From the NCBI GenBank assembly GCA_963794605.1, contig CAWCEN010000003.1, positions 113,658-177,657 on the forward strand: DNA of 64,000 bases, in the 5' to 3' direction. The translations under genes and the position numbers were made by a program. Below, piece after piece: positions 54,856 to 63,933 of this stretch. The DNA comes from an uncultured Actinomycetes bacterium. GTDB taxonomy: Bacteria > Actinomycetota > Thermoleophilia > Gaiellales > Gaiellaceae. Position 1 is the first letter of the stretch; each line of letters begins with the position of its first letter. The notes under the pieces were generated by a model. The model searched no databases, was not told the origin of the DNA, and saw only the letters and a list, made by a program, of their open reading frames with translations.

Positions 54856-54872
54856 CAGGTGCAATTCTCCGT

Positions 54873-54965
54873 GCCAGGCTTCAGCCTGGCTCGGGTACAT
54901 CGGAGAGTCGGAGTTTGAGCGAGCGCCGATCCCCGGAGCGACTCTCACTCAAACCTCGGCTCTCC
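54873..54965 (+). promoter_or_regulatory. rpsO-pnp intergenic stem-loops (terminator-like hairpin plus long pnp leader stem)
   Basis: 'gccaggct-tc-agcctggc' spans 54873-54890. 'ggagagtcggagtttgag' 54902-54919 pairs with 'ctcaaacctcggctctcc' 54948-54965. An alternative pairing is gagagtcg (54903-54910) with cgactctc (54940-54947). Confidence 0.55.
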
Positions 54966-54985
54966 ACGAGGAAGTGGAGGCATAG

Positions 54986-57463
54986 ATGAGCACGATGACC
55001 GAGAGCCTCGCCACGGTCGCGGTGACCGTCGGCGAGCAAGAGATGACCTTCGAGACGGGCAAGCTCGCCAAGCAGGCGGACGGCGCCGTCGTCGTCCGCG
55101 CCGGCGAGACGATGGTCCTCGCGACCGCGCAGGGGAAGATGGAGGGCCGCGAAGGCGCCGACTTCTTCCCGCTGACGGTCGACGTCGAGGAGCGCATGTA
55201 CGCCGCGGGCAAGATCCCCGGCGGGTTCTTCAAGCGCGAGGGACGTCCCACCGAGCGGGCGATCCTGACCGCGCGCATGATCGACCGCCCGATCCGGCCG
55301 CTCTGGCCGAAGGGCTACAAGAACGAGGTGCACGTGGTCTGCACGACGCTGTCGGCCGACCTCGTCACCGCGCACGACATCCTCTGCATCAACGGCGCCT
55401 CGGCGGCGCTGATGGTCTCGCCGCTGCCCTTCCTGGGCCCGGTGGGCGCAGTCCGGATCGGGCGCGTCGACGGCAACCTCGTCGTCAACCCGACGCTGCC
55501 GGTCGTCGAGGAGGAGAGCACGCTCGACCTGATCGTCGTCGGCACGAAGGATGCGCTGACGATGATCGAGGCCGGCGCCGACGAGATTCCCGAGGACGAG
55601 ATTCTCGAGGCGTTCGAGCTCGCGCACGGCGAGATCGTGAAGATCTGCGACGCCCAGGAGGAGCTGCGCGCCAGAGCCGGGAAGCCGAAGTACTTCGACG
55701 CCGAGCTCACCGCCGAGTTGGAGTCGGAGCACGCCGGCCGGATCCGCGAGCGCATCGAGGCCGAGGGCCTGCGCGAGGCGAGCGCCGTCGTCGAAGAGCT
55801 GACCGGCGAGCTCGCACCGGAGCTGGGTATGGACTCCGGTGAGGAGGACATCCTGCGCCAGATCCAGGTGCGCGCGTCGCTGGACGCGATTCTCGAGAAG
55901 ACGCGTCTCGAGGTCGTCGAGCGCCACGTCCGCCAGCAGTTCGAGGACGATCTGCGGGCGCTGACCGAAGCGGAGCAGGACTCGAAGGAGCTCAAGTCGG
56001 CGAAGCGCCAGCTGCTCTTCGAGCGGATCAACGAGTCCGTCGAGCTGCCCTTCCCGGTCGGCCCGGCGACGGTCGATGGCGAGGCGCCCGCCGTCAAGGA
56101 CTCGCTGACGAAGCAGTACATCAAGAAGGCGGCCGAGTCGATCTACAAGCAGCTCGTCCGGCAGAAGATCGCCGTCGACAAGCGCCGCCCGGACGGCCGC
56201 GCCGCGGAGGACGTCCGCGAGGTCACCTGCGAGGTCGGCGTCGCGCAGCGAACGCACGGCTCAGCGCTCTTCACGCGCGGCCAGACGCAGATCATGTCGC
56301 TCCTGACCCTCGGCACCGCCAAGGAGGGCCAGCGGATCGACGACCTGTCACTCGAGACCGACCGCCGGTACATGCACCACTACAACTTCCCGCCCTACTC
56401 GGTGGGTGAGACCGGGTTCATGCGCGGCCCGAAGCGTCGCGACATCGGCCACGGCGCACTCGCCCAGAGGGCGCTCGAGCCGATGATCCCGTCGCTCGAG
56501 GAGTTTCCGTACACGATCCGGATCGTGTCCGAGACGCTCGAGTCGAACGGCTCGTCGTCGATGGGCTCGGTCTGCGGGTCGACGCTCTCGCTGATGGATG
56601 CCGGTGTGCCGATCAAGGCGCCGGTCGGCGGCATCGCGATGGGGCTCGTCAAGGAGGGCGACGACTACGTGATCCTGACCGACATCCAGGGAGCGGAGGA
56701 CCACCTCGGCGACATGGACTTCAAAGTCGCCGGCTCGCGTGACGGCATCACAGCGCTCCAGATGGACATCAAGATCACCGGCGTCACGCAGGAGATCATG
56801 CGGAACGCGCTCGCGCAGGCGAAGCAGGCCCGCGAGTTCATCCTCGACAAGATGGCGGAGGCGCTCCCGGAGACCCGGACGGAGCTCGCCGAGCACGCGC
56901 CGCGGATCTCGACGGTGAAGATCGACCCCGAGCAGATCGGGATGATCATCGGCAAGGGCGGTGAGACGATTCGCGGCCTCGAGGCCGACTACGAGGTGCA
57001 GATCGACATCGAGGAGGACGGCACGATCCTCATTTACGCGACCGACGGCACGAAGGCGAAGGCCGCGATCGAGGCGATCGAGTCGATCACGAAGGAGCCC
57101 GAGGTAGGGGACACGTACACGGGCAAGGTCGTGAAGACGACCGACTTCGGCGCCTTCGTCGAGCTGAAGAAGGGCACCGACGGGCTCCTGCACGTCTCGA
57201 ACGTCGGCCCGGGACGGGTCGGCCACATCGAGGACGTCATCTCGCGGGGCGACACGCTCGACGTCGTCGTCCAGGAGGTTGACAAGGAGCGCGGCCGGAT
57301 CGGGCTCAAGCTCGTCGCGAAGCACGAAAACGGCTCGCTCGTCCAGCCCGACGAGTTGATCGAGCGTGCGAAAGACGCGCCGCCGCGCGAGCGCTCGGAG
57401 CGCCCTCCGAGGCGCGAAGGCGGCGGGCGCGCCCGGAACCGTGGGCCACGCAGGGACGGCTAG
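54986..57463 (+). CDS. pnp: polyribonucleotide nucleotidyltransferase (PNPase)
   Basis: Two RNase PH domains, then KH 'IGKGGETIRGL' and S1 'GKVVKTTDFGAFVEL'. Arg/Gly-rich C-terminal tail. Confidence 0.95.
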   Translation: MSTMTESLATVAVTVGEQEMTFETGKLAKQADGAVVVRAGETMVLATAQGKMEGREGADFFPLTVDVEERMYAAGKIPGGFFKREGRPTERAILTARMIDRPIRPLWPKGYKNEVHVVCTTLSADLVTAHDILCINGASAALMVSPLPFLGPVGAVRIGRVDGNLVVNPTLPVVEEESTLDLIVVGTKDALTMIEAGADEIPEDEILEAFELAHGEIVKICDAQEELRARAGKPKYFDAELTAELESEHAGRIRERIEAEGLREASAVVEELTGELAPELGMDSGEEDILRQIQVRASLDAILEKTRLEVVERHVRQQFEDDLRALTEAEQDSKELKSAKRQLLFERINESVELPFPVGPATVDGEAPAVKDSLTKQYIKKAAESIYKQLVRQKIAVDKRRPDGRAAEDVREVTCEVGVAQRTHGSALFTRGQTQIMSLLTLGTAKEGQRIDDLSLETDRRYMHHYNFPPYSVGETGFMRGPKRRDIGHGALAQRALEPMIPSLEEFPYTIRIVSETLESNGSSSMGSVCGSTLSLMDAGVPIKAPVGGIAMGLVKEGDDYVILTDIQGAEDHLGDMDFKVAGSRDGITALQMDIKITGVTQEIMRNALAQAKQAREFILDKMAEALPETRTELAEHAPRISTVKIDPEQIGMIIGKGGETIRGLEADYEVQIDIEEDGTILIYATDGTKAKAAIEAIESITKEPEVGDTYTGKVVKTTDFGAFVELKKGTDGLLHVSNVGPGRVGHIEDVISRGDTLDVVVQEVDKERGRIGLKLVAKHENGSLVQPDELIERAKDAPPRERSERPPRREGGGRARNRGPRRDG

Positions 57464-57658
57464 CGGGGGAAGCTTCTCCTGGCCATCGGCGCCGTCCTCG
57501 CGGCGGCGCTGCTGGCCGGGTGCGGCGGCTCGAACGACGACAAGGTCTACTCGATCGGAGGCAACGGCTCCTTGATCTGGGCGACGGGCGGCGGGAGAGG
57601 CCTGGAGGACCCGAGCAAGGACGAGGTGAAGACGGTCGAGCGCTGCCTCAAGGCCTAA
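57464..57658 (+). CDS. small lipoprotein (about 60 aa), start codon unresolved
   Basis: GC3-rich frame reads 'RGKLLLAIGAVLAAALLAGCGGSNDDKVYSIGGNGSLIWATGGG..KTVERCLKA*'. It has a complete lipoprotein signal with LAGC lipobox. No ATG/GTG/TTG lies between the in-frame pnp TAG and the signal peptide. Confidence 0.55.
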   Translation, partial: RGKLLLAIGAVLAAALLAGCGGSNDDKVYSIGGNGSLIWATGGGRGLEDPSKDEVKTVERCLKA

Positions 57659-57700
57659 GAGGCGCGTGGCTTTGCGCCCGCTAACAACTACGATCCGCGC

Positions 57701-58999
57701 GTGCAGAAGTACGTTCTGAGCGAGCTCGATTCGGGCCAACGGGTGATTACGGAGCGGATCCCGAGCGTGCGCTCCGTCGCCCTCGGGTTCTGGATCGGCG
57801 CCGGTTCGCGCGACGAGACGCCCTCGAAGGCCGGCGTCTCGCACTTCATCGAGCACCTCCTGTTCAAGGGGACGCGCTCGTATACCGCTCAGGAGATCGC
57901 CGAGATCTTCGACGCGCTGGGGGGCGAGCTGAACGCAGCCACCTCGCGCGAGCACACGCTCGTCTATGTGCGCGTCGCCGATCACCACCTGGACAAGGCG
58001 CTCGACGTCATCGGCGACATGGTCTACGCGCCGCTCTTCGTCGACCTCGACTCCGAGCGGGAGGTCGTGCTGGAGGAGATCGCCATGTACGAGGACACGC
58101 CGCACGAGCTCGTCCACGACCTGATGAGCGAGGCGGTCTTCGGCGACCACCCCCTCGGCCGGCCGGTGATCGGAACCGCCGACGTCATCTCCTCGGTCGG
58201 CCGTCGCGCGTTGACGACCTACCACCAGACGATGTACCAGGCCGGAAACGTCGTCGTCGCCGCCGCAGGGAATCTGAAGCACGACGACCTCGTGGCGCGG
58301 TTGCAGAAAGCCGCGAGGAAGCAGGCGAAGGCGCCCGGCAAGGGCCCGCGCCTGCGCAGCCCGCTCGTGCGACCGCCGCGCCCGAGCGTTCGCTTCCAGC
58401 GCAAGCGAACGGAGCAGTACCACGTCTGCGTCGGCGCGCCCGGGATCGCCCGGTCGGACCGGCGCCGCTTCACCGCGTCGTTGCTCGACGCACTCCTGGG
58501 TGGCTCCGCCTCGTCGCGTCTCTTCCAGGAGATCCGCGAGAAGCGCGGCATGGCCTATTCCGTCTACACGTTCGCCTCGCAGTACACGGACAGCGGGCTG
58601 ATCGGCTTTTACGTCGGGACGCGGCCGGAGAACCTCGCCGACTGCCTCGAGATCGCCAACGAGCAGATCAGCGAGGTCGCCGAGGGCGGGCTACGGAAGG
58701 GTGAGCTCGAGCGGGCCAAGGAGAACCTCAAGGGGCGGATTCTGCTCTCGATGGAGTCGACGTCGAACCGGATGAGCCGTCTCGGGAAGTCGCTGATCAG
58801 CGACACGGAGCTCCTGTCGATCGACCGGATCGCAGCCGAGATCGACGCGGTCACTCCGGACGCCGTCGCCGAGCTGGCCGGCGTCCTGCTCGCGCCGGAG
58901 ATGCTCTCGGCGTCGGGCATCGGGCCGAGCGAGGAGCGGTTCCGGGACGCCATGCGGCGGATCACGCCCGAGCTGCCCACCGCCCGCGCAGCGGCGTGA
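57701..58999 (+). CDS. M16 family (pitrilysin/insulinase-like) zinc peptidase
   Basis: GTG start. Inverted zinc motif 'HFIEHLLFKGT' and a downstream 'E'. Confidence 0.9.
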   Translation: MQKYVLSELDSGQRVITERIPSVRSVALGFWIGAGSRDETPSKAGVSHFIEHLLFKGTRSYTAQEIAEIFDALGGELNAATSREHTLVYVRVADHHLDKALDVIGDMVYAPLFVDLDSEREVVLEEIAMYEDTPHELVHDLMSEAVFGDHPLGRPVIGTADVISSVGRRALTTYHQTMYQAGNVVVAAAGNLKHDDLVARLQKAARKQAKAPGKGPRLRSPLVRPPRPSVRFQRKRTEQYHVCVGAPGIARSDRRRFTASLLDALLGGSASSRLFQEIREKRGMAYSVYTFASQYTDSGLIGFYVGTRPENLADCLEIANEQISEVAEGGLRKGELERAKENLKGRILLSMESTSNRMSRLGKSLISDTELLSIDRIAAEIDAVTPDAVAELAGVLLAPEMLSASGIGPSEERFRDAMRRITPELPTARAAA

Positions 59000-59601
59000 A
59001 AATCAAGCTCTTCGGAGCGGGAGGGAAAGTCGGCTCGGTGCTCGCGCCGGCGCTGGTGGCGGCCGGGCACGAGCTGCTCGAGCTGGACGCCGCCGAGGCG
59101 ATGGTCGACTTCACCGCGCCGGACGTGGTCGTCGGGAACATCGAGAGCGCGCTCGACGCGGCCGTCCCGTGCGTCGTCGGCACCTCGGGCTGGAACACCG
59201 CTCTCGTCGAGGCGAAGGCGCGCGACGCCGGTCTTCCGGTCTTCTACGCGCCGAACTTCGCGATCGGAGCGGTCCTGATGATGCGCTACGCGTCCGAGGC
59301 GGCGAAGCACATGCCCCGCGCCGAGATCGTCGAGCTCCACCACGAGACGAAGGTCGACGCTCCATCCGGGACAGCCAAGGCGACTGCCGAGGCGATGGGC
59401 GGCGACGTGCCGATCCACTCCGTCCGCCTGCCGGGGATCGTCGCCCACCAGGAGGTGCTCCTCTCCCAGCGCGGGGAGCTCCTGACCATCCGCCACGACG
59501 CGTTCTCCCGCGAGGCGTACGTCCCCGGGGTCCTGCTCGCCCTGGAGCGCTTGCCCGACCTCGACCCCGGACTGATAATCGGGCTGGAGAACCTCCTGTG
59601 A
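58996..59601 (+). CDS. dapB: 4-hydroxy-tetrahydrodipicolinate reductase (short form)
   Basis: 'VVGTSGW', 'APNFAIGAVLM', 'ELHHETKVDAPSGTA'. Confidence 0.85.
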   Translation: MKIKLFGAGGKVGSVLAPALVAAGHELLELDAAEAMVDFTAPDVVVGNIESALDAAVPCVVGTSGWNTALVEAKARDAGLPVFYAPNFAIGAVLMMRYASEAAKHMPRAEIVELHHETKVDAPSGTAKATAEAMGGDVPIHSVRLPGIVAHQEVLLSQRGELLTIRHDAFSREAYVPGVLLALERLPDLDPGLIIGLENLL

Positions 59602-60473
59602 CCCTGGCAAGAGCCCTGATCCTGTTCTGTAGCGCGCTCGCGCTCTCGGCTTGCGGCTCGGCGAGGAGCGTACAGCCGGCCGACAACGCCCAGGTTGCGC
59701 CCGCGTCGCAGCCACACATAGAGGCAATCGACGAGCCAGCCGACACCTGGTGGCTGGATGAGCCTGGCGACGGCGCCACAGCAAGCACCTACATCTGCGC
59801 CCAGGAGGATTCGGCGACGACCACGGACAAGGGCTGCACCCCGACTCCCGAGATGAAAGAGGAACTGCGCCGCCAAGCGGAGGAGATGAAGCGGGCCACA
59901 ACCCCCGCGAAGGACTCCGAGCCGCGCGCGATCGCCCGGCTTCGGCTCGAGCAACGAGGCCCGAACTCGCGTATGCGCCTGATCGCTTGGAAAAGCCAGT
60001 CCGGCGAGCTTTGCCTGGCCGACGACGAGACAGATGAGGAGGGCGGCGGCGCTGGCGGCCCGTTCGGCCCTTGCGTGCCAGGCGGACACTGCGGTGATAT
60101 CTGCCTGACACTCTCGGGGAGCGGCACCGGGACGGAATGGCTGAATACAACTGCCGGAGTCCTTCCAGCCAGGGCCGACATGCTCCGCATCACGTTCGAC
60201 GGAGGGCGGGTAGCGAGCTACAAGCTCGATGGGCCGCTCGTGCCCGGCTTCCGCGAGTATCGGGTCTTCATGCTCGACCTCGGACGCGGTATCGAGACAC
60301 GGCTCGAGCTCTTCGAAGGCGACAAGGTAATTGCGGAGGAGGAGCGCTCTCGCGCCGAAATCATGAGGATGCGGTGCTCCCAGAAGTATCCGGTCGATGA
60401 CATGCCCAGGACCCGCGCAGAAGCCGAAACGTCCCCGCTCGCACAGTGCTTCGAGAAGGCAAGCTCCGAGTAG
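59598..60473 (+). CDS. Cys-rich lipoprotein, function unknown
   Basis: GTGA overlap with the dapB stop. Lipobox 'LALSACGS'. Eight further Cys residues. Noticeably more A/T-ending codons than the neighbours. Confidence 0.6.
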   Translation: MTLARALILFCSALALSACGSARSVQPADNAQVAPASQPHIEAIDEPADTWWLDEPGDGATASTYICAQEDSATTTDKGCTPTPEMKEELRRQAEEMKRATTPAKDSEPRAIARLRLEQRGPNSRMRLIAWKSQSGELCLADDETDEEGGGAGGPFGPCVPGGHCGDICLTLSGSGTGTEWLNTTAGVLPARADMLRITFDGGRVASYKLDGPLVPGFREYRVFMLDLGRGIETRLELFEGDKVIAEEERSRAEIMRMRCSQKYPVDDMPRTRAEAETSPLAQCFEKASSE

Positions 60474-60474
60474 G

Positions 60475-61368
60475 ATGACTCCCGTGCTCGGCGAGGTTCT
60501 GACGGCGATCGTGACGCCGTTCGCGAAGGACGGCGCCGTCGACTACGACCGCTTCCGTATCCTCGCGCGGCACGTGATCGACACCGGGGCGGACGGCCTC
60601 GTCGTCGCCGCGACGACCGGGGAAAGCCCGACGCTGACCGACGAGGAGAAGCTGCTGCTCTGGACGGCCGCCGTGGACGAGGTGGGGGAGCGGGCGACCG
60701 TCATCGCCAGCACCGGCACGTACTCGACGGCGCACTCGGTACACCTCACCGAGGAGGCGCACGAGCTCGGCGTCGACGGTTTCCTCGTTGTCACGCCGTA
60801 CTACAACAAGCCGTCGCCGCGGGGGATCGTCGAGCACTTCAAGGCGATCGCCGCCGCCAGCGACAAGGCGATCATCGTCTACAACATCCCGCAGCGGGTC
60901 GTCGTCAACATCGAGCCCGAGACGATGGCCGAGCTGGCGCAGATCCCGACGGTCAGGGCCGTCAAGCAGGCGACGGAGGAGCTCGACCAGGCCCAACTGA
61001 TCGTCGACGAGACGGGCCTCGACCTCTACGCGGGCAGCGACCACCTCGTGTACCCGTTCCTCGAGCTCGGAGGCGTGGGCGGCGTCGTCGTCCACGGGAA
61101 CCTCGTCCCCGGGCGCGTCAAGGAAATGATCGGCTTCTACAAGGAGGGCGACGTCGAGTCTGCGCGCACGATCGACGAGGAGCTCGCACCGCTCGTCGAG
61201 GCGCTCGGCGTGACGATCAACCCGGTCCCGGTCAAGGCGGCGCTGAACCTGCTCGGCTACGAGGTCGGCGGATTGCGCCTGCCGCTCGTGGAGGCGACCG
61301 ACGACGAGGTCGAAGTGGTCAGGACGGCGCTCGAGCGCGTTGGGTTGACCGCGCCCGTGCGCGCCTAG
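60475..61368 (+). CDS. dapA: 4-hydroxy-tetrahydrodipicolinate synthase
   Basis: Track ORF trimmed to ATG 60475. 'TAIVTPF', 'GTTGESPTL', 'TPYYNKP', 'IVYNIPQR'. Confidence 0.95.
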   Translation: MTPVLGEVLTAIVTPFAKDGAVDYDRFRILARHVIDTGADGLVVAATTGESPTLTDEEKLLLWTAAVDEVGERATVIASTGTYSTAHSVHLTEEAHELGVDGFLVVTPYYNKPSPRGIVEHFKAIAAASDKAIIVYNIPQRVVVNIEPETMAELAQIPTVRAVKQATEELDQAQLIVDETGLDLYAGSDHLVYPFLELGGVGGVVVHGNLVPGRVKEMIGFYKEGDVESARTIDEELAPLVEALGVTINPVPVKAALNLLGYEVGGLRLPLVEATDDEVEVVRTALERVGLTAPVRA

Positions 61369-61401
61369 AGACCGCGCACCGACTGAGCGGCACGCGGTCT
61401 C
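61368..61401 (+). terminator. 9-bp hairpin at the dapA stop (no U tract)
   Basis: 'gagaccgcg' 61368-61376 pairs with 'cgcggtctc' 61393-61401. Confidence 0.3.
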
Positions 61402-61653
61402 CTCTAGCTAAGGAATGTCGCAGTGGTTGCTTAGGGCCACTTGATGGCGCAGGGCGCAACGCCCAGCACACACGCCAGCAACCCGAACCTGTGAAGCCAT
61501 TCATACCGCAGCAATGTGAGCTCCTTCGACGGATTCTTCTCGCCTCGGGGGACGAGGCTCGTCTTAGGATGAAGATTGACCGCGGCGGCTCCCTCCCTCT
61601 GACGGGTGAATCATGCTCACCCTTTTGGCGGCCCGCAAGTGATACTTCAGGCC

Positions 61654-63300
61654 ATGTCTGTACTGCGGATCATCCCGCTGGGCGGTCTCGGCGAGGTCGG
61701 GAAGAACATGATGGTGTACGAGCTGGGCGACGAGCTCGTGCTCGTCGACGCCGGCCTTGCGTTCCCGCGGGACGAGCATCTCGGCGTCGATCTCGTCCTG
61801 CCGGACTTCTCCTACTTGCGTGAGCGGCGGATCCGAGCCGTCCTCCTCACTCATGCCCACGAGGATCACGTCGGCGCGCTGCCGTACCTGATGCGCGAGG
61901 TGAAGGTGCCTGAGGTTTGGGGCACGCGACTGACCCTCGGGCTGCTGCAGCCGAAGCTCGACGAGCACGGGCTCCTGCACGCGACCGAGCTCAAGGAGGC
62001 TGTGCCCGGCGAGCCCCCCGTCGAGATCGGGCCGTTCCGAGCGGAGTTCGTGCGCATGGCGCACTCGGTGCCGGACACGGTCGCAATCGTCCTCGAGGCG
62101 GGCGGCCTGCGGATCCTGCACACGGGCGACTACAAGCTCGACTTCACGCCTGTCGACGGCCTGCGGACCGACGTGGGCCGGCTGGCGGAGATCGGCAACC
62201 GGGGCGTCGACCTGCTCCTCGGTGACTCGACGAACGCGGAGCGGCCCGGGGTGACCGGGTCCGAGCGCCTCGTGGGCGAGGCGTTCCGTCAGATCATCCC
62301 GGTGCGCGAGGGGCGCGTCCTCATAGCGAGCTTCGCGTCGAACGTGCACCGCATGCAGCAGGCTGTCGACGTCGCGGTCGAGACCGGGCGCAAGGTGTGC
62401 GTGATCGGCCGCTCGATGCGGAAGAACATCAACATCGCGCGCAACCTCGGCTATCTCGAGGCGCCCGACGACACGTTCATCCGTCCGCAGGAGCTCGAGG
62501 AGCTCGCGCGGCATGAGGCGATGGTGCTGTGCACGGGTAGCCAGGGCGAGCCGATGTCGGCGCTGACGCGGATCGCGTACCACGACCACCCCGCGGTCAC
62601 GGTCGAGCGCGGCGACACGGTCATCCTGTCCGCGAAGCCGGTGCCCGGGAACGAGCTCCGCGTGCACGACACGATCAACCGGCTCGCGAAGGCCGGCGCC
62701 GAAGTCCTGCACCAGGAGATCGCGCCGGTGCACGTGTCCGGACACGGGAACTCGGAGGAGATCCGGACGATCCTCGGCCTCGTCCGCCCGAAGGCGGTGA
62801 TGCCTGTGCACGGCGAGTTCCGGATGCTCGCGGCGCACGCTCAGCTCGCGCGCGACTCGGGTGTGCCGGCGAGCTCGATCGTGCTGGCCGAGAACGGCAG
62901 CGTCGTCGAGTTGGACGGGAGCGGGCCGCGGATCGTGGACAGAATCGAGACGGGCGTCACGTTCGTCGACGGACTGGGAGTGGGGGACGTGCGGGACGTC
63001 GCGCTCCGCGACCGGCGGCACCTGTCCGAGCACGGCGTCCTGATCGTCGTCGCCACCGTCGGCTCGAACGGCGCTCGACCGGGGGCGGCGCCCGAGCTGA
63101 TCGCGCGCGGGTTCGGCGAGACGGAGCCGCTCGTCGCCGAAATGCGGGATGAAGCCGCGCAAGTGCTCGACGAGTGTCTCGAGCAGGACATCACGGAGAT
63201 CAAGCTGCTCCAGGAGCATCTCCACGACTCGCTCGCGCAGCTCGTGTACGACAGAACGGGGAGGCGGCCGATGATTCTCCCCGTCATCGTCGAGGTGTAA
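61654..63300 (+). CDS. rnj: ribonuclease J
   Basis: ATG 61654 ('MSVLRIIPLGGLGEVGKNM'). 'LTHAHEDHVGALP'; beta-CASP and C-terminal domain. Confidence 0.95.
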   Translation: MSVLRIIPLGGLGEVGKNMMVYELGDELVLVDAGLAFPRDEHLGVDLVLPDFSYLRERRIRAVLLTHAHEDHVGALPYLMREVKVPEVWGTRLTLGLLQPKLDEHGLLHATELKEAVPGEPPVEIGPFRAEFVRMAHSVPDTVAIVLEAGGLRILHTGDYKLDFTPVDGLRTDVGRLAEIGNRGVDLLLGDSTNAERPGVTGSERLVGEAFRQIIPVREGRVLIASFASNVHRMQQAVDVAVETGRKVCVIGRSMRKNINIARNLGYLEAPDDTFIRPQELEELARHEAMVLCTGSQGEPMSALTRIAYHDHPAVTVERGDTVILSAKPVPGNELRVHDTINRLAKAGAEVLHQEIAPVHVSGHGNSEEIRTILGLVRPKAVMPVHGEFRMLAAHAQLARDSGVPASSIVLAENGSVVELDGSGPRIVDRIETGVTFVDGLGVGDVRDVALRDRRHLSEHGVLIVVATVGSNGARPGAAPELIARGFGETEPLVAEMRDEAAQVLDECLEQDITEIKLLQEHLHDSLAQLVYDRTGRRPMILPVIVEV

Positions 63301-63317
63301 GCAGTCATAGTGAAGGT

Positions 63318-63872
63318 ATGAGCACGCTTCGGGCTGAACCGGGTTGGGCCGACCTTCTGGTCGACTATGCCCCCGAGGGAGCGACCGCGCAGCGCCTCGT
63401 CGCGCAGCTGCGCGCGTGCCAGGTTTCGGCGCTCGCGTTCTGCCGGCTGCTCGAGCGCTGGGCTCGCGGGGAGGCGTCGCCCTCGACCCCGGGCGCGCGG
63501 GAGGCGGCCTTGCGTCGGGCGGCCGAGCGGGCGGAAACGGCTCTGTCGGGTCTCGAACATCCTCTAGGCCGCTACCTGCTCGAGCTCGAGTCCGACCACG
63601 CGGAGGGCCGCTCCTGGTACGGCGAGCCGGGACGTGCGGAGCTCGTCGAGTGGCAGCCGGTCCTGAGCCGCGCCGGAGTCCACGCGTCGCCGGTGCGCGT
63701 CGCGCAGGCATACCTCGAGCTGGCCGTCCTCGTACGGGCGCTCGAAGGGCTCGGGACAGCGGCGCGGATGCGCTCGGCTCCGGATCCGTCCGACCTCTGG
63801 GCGGGTCTCTTCGACCTGCGCGAGAACCTCCTCAACGGCGCGCTCGACGACCTGAGAGCCCTGGCCGCCTGA
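63318..63872 (+). CDS. hypothetical protein (184 aa)
   Basis: ATG after GAAGG. GC3-rich. No domain recognised. Confidence 0.5.
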   Translation: MSTLRAEPGWADLLVDYAPEGATAQRLVAQLRACQVSALAFCRLLERWARGEASPSTPGAREAALRRAAERAETALSGLEHPLGRYLLELESDHAEGRSWYGEPGRAELVEWQPVLSRAGVHASPVRVAQAYLELAVLVRALEGLGTAARMRSAPDPSDLWAGLFDLRENLLNGALDDLRALAA

Positions 63873-63933
63873 GCCACGTCCCAGTGCCTGGCACTCGGAC
63901 CTGTCCGTAGCGGCGCGTGGAGGGCTTCGGCGC

